NCBI GenBank assembly: GCA_035934395.1
Contig: DASYXX010000833.1
Span: forward strand, 1 to 41,268
From: Streptosporangiaceae bacterium
Lineage (GTDB): Bacteria > Actinomycetota > Actinomycetes > Streptosporangiales > Streptosporangiaceae
Direction of reading: 5' to 3'
Length of the DNA stretch: 41,268 bases
How positions within the stretch are numbered: position 1 is the stretch's first letter; each line of letters starts with the position of its first letter. Of this stretch, positions 40,028 through 41,268 are shown piece after piece. The notes under the pieces were generated by a model. That model was not told the origin of the DNA. It saw only the letters and a program-made list of their open reading frames with translations, and ran no database searches. Made by a program: the position numbers and the translations under genes.

Positions 40028-41268
40028 ATGAACATCACCATGATCCTCGAGATGGCCGCCTCGGCCGGCGACCGCCCCGCGGTCACGGCCGACGGCCGTT
40101 CGCTGACCCCCGCCGAGCTCCTGCGCCTGGCCCACGCCGCGGCCGGCCGGTTCCGCGGCCATCCTGCCGTGCTTTATCAGGGAACCAGCCATCTTGCCTA
40201 TCCTGTCGCGCTGTTCGGGGCGGCCGTGGCGGGCGTTCCCTTCGTTCCCCTCAACTACCGGCTGGGCGGTCAGCAGCTCGACGCCCTGGTGAACCGCCAT
40301 CCCGGGGCCCTGGTCATCCGCCCCTCCGACCTCGAGGGCCTGCTCGAGCCCGCGGGGCCCCCGGCGCCGGACGGGGAACCGGCCCCCGAGGACGGCGACC
40401 CCGCCGCGGTGCTGCTCTACACGAGCGGGACCACCGCCGAGCCCAAGGCGGCCGTGCTGCGGCACCGGCACCTGCTCGCGTACGTGCTGAACACGGTCGA
40501 GTTCGGGTCCGCCGCGGAGGAGGACGCGGCGCTGGTGGCGGTTCCCCCGTACCACGTCGCCGGGCTGGCCAACCTGCTGACCAGCCTCTATGCCGGGCGC
40601 CGCGTGGTGTACCTGGCGACGTTCGACGCGGGCGGGTGGCTGGAGACCGTCCGGCGCGAGCGGATCACGCACGCGATGCTGGTGCCCACCATGCTGGCGC
40701 GGATCGTCGCTCAGGTGCCGGGCGACGACGCCGGCACGCCGACGCTGCGCAGCCTCGCCTACGGCGGGGCCCGGATGCCGCGGCCCGTCCTGGAGCGGGC
40801 GCTGCGGATCTTTCCGGGGACCGGTTTCGTCAACGCCTACGGGCTCACCGAGACCGCCTCGTCGATCGCGGTCCTGTCGCCCGACGACCACCGCGCAGCG
40901 CTCACGTCGAGCGATCCGGCGGTACGCGACCGGCTCGGGTCGGTCGGCCGGGCGCTGCCCGGCGTCGAGTTCCAGATCCGGGCGGACGACGGCCAGCCGG
41001 CGGCCGCTGGGGAGAGCGGGCTGGTGTTCGTGCGGGGGGAGCAGATCTCCGGCGAGTACCGCGGGCAGAGCAGCCTGGACTCCGACGGGTGGTTCGCCAC
41101 CCGCGACCGGGGGCGGCTCGACGCCGACGGCTACCTGTTCATCGAGGGACGCGCCGACGACACCATCATCCGGGGCGGCGAGAACATCGCTCCCGCCGAG
41201 GTCGAGGACGTTCTCCTCGCCCACCCGCAGATCGCCGAGGCCGCGGTGATCGGCGTGCCGGATCCCGA
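40028..41268 (+). CDS. AMP-dependent acyl-CoA synthetase, 3'-truncated by the window edge (not in the supplied ORF track)
   Basis: Hand translation from ATG 40028 gives 'MNITMILEMAASAGDRPAVTADGRSLTPAELLRLA...LLYTSGTTAEPKAAVLRHRHL...AYGLTETAS...GWFATRDRGRLDADGYLFIEGRADDTIIRGGENIAPAEVEDVLLAHPQIAEAAVIGVPDP'. The frame is open to nt 41268. Confidence 0.88.
   Translation, partial: MNITMILEMAASAGDRPAVTADGRSLTPAELLRLAHAAAGRFRGHPAVLYQGTSHLAYPVALFGAAVAGVPFVPLNYRLGGQQLDALVNRHPGALVIRPSDLEGLLEPAGPPAPDGEPAPEDGDPAAVLLYTSGTTAEPKAAVLRHRHLLAYVLNTVEFGSAAEEDAALVAVPPYHVAGLANLLTSLYAGRRVVYLATFDAGGWLETVRRERITHAMLVPTMLARIVAQVPGDDAGTPTLRSLAYGGARMPRPVLERALRIFPGTGFVNAYGLTETASSIAVLSPDDHRAALTSSDPAVRDRLGSVGRALPGVEFQIRADDGQPAAAGESGLVFVRGEQISGEYRGQSSLDSDGWFATRDRGRLDADGYLFIEGRADDTIIRGGENIAPAEVEDVLLAHPQIAEAAVIGVPDP

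Overview
High-GC actinomycete chromosomal segment. GC3 is very high and most long ORFs have antisense 'shadow' ORFs in the track. I call 42 protein-coding features and found no rRNA, tRNA, CRISPR array, transposase or integrase.

Three blocks:
(i) 1-1900: a 5'-truncated GH12 endoglucanase and a LuxR-type regulator.
(ii) about 2100-7900: an accessory stretch. It holds a visibly lower-GC island (about 2400-4900) with three orphan genes: a nucleophile-less alpha/beta-hydrolase-fold protein, a CxxC / internal twin-arginine / 8-Cys membrane protein, and a secreted SH3b-like protein. Next to it is a WhiJ/BldB-type four-gene module (HATPase, CxxC protein, XRE-DUF5753, DUF397).
(iii) 7990-41268: a very large acyl-CoA-centred oxidative catabolic supercluster. 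It includes a ten-gene minus-strand operon with overlapping stop/start codons that combines three oxygenase classes (Fe/2OG, Rieske, P450). It also holds four AMP-ligases, two family-III CoA-transferases, two crotonases, a split B12 acyl-CoA mutase, an F420-type LLM, several SDRs, a GH3 and a secreted hydrolase. A DUF559 gene interrupts it.

The strongest leads are:
- the orphan island around 3000-4865;
- a DUF35-thiolase-like fusion that lacks the thiolase cysteines;
- an internally deleted acyl-CoA dehydrogenase still coupled to its kinase-like partner;
- a nucleotide-level repeat element translated in different frames at two gene junctions of one operon;
- several palindromes and inverted repeats in divergent promoters.

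All family calls come from motif recognition by eye. No database search was run.
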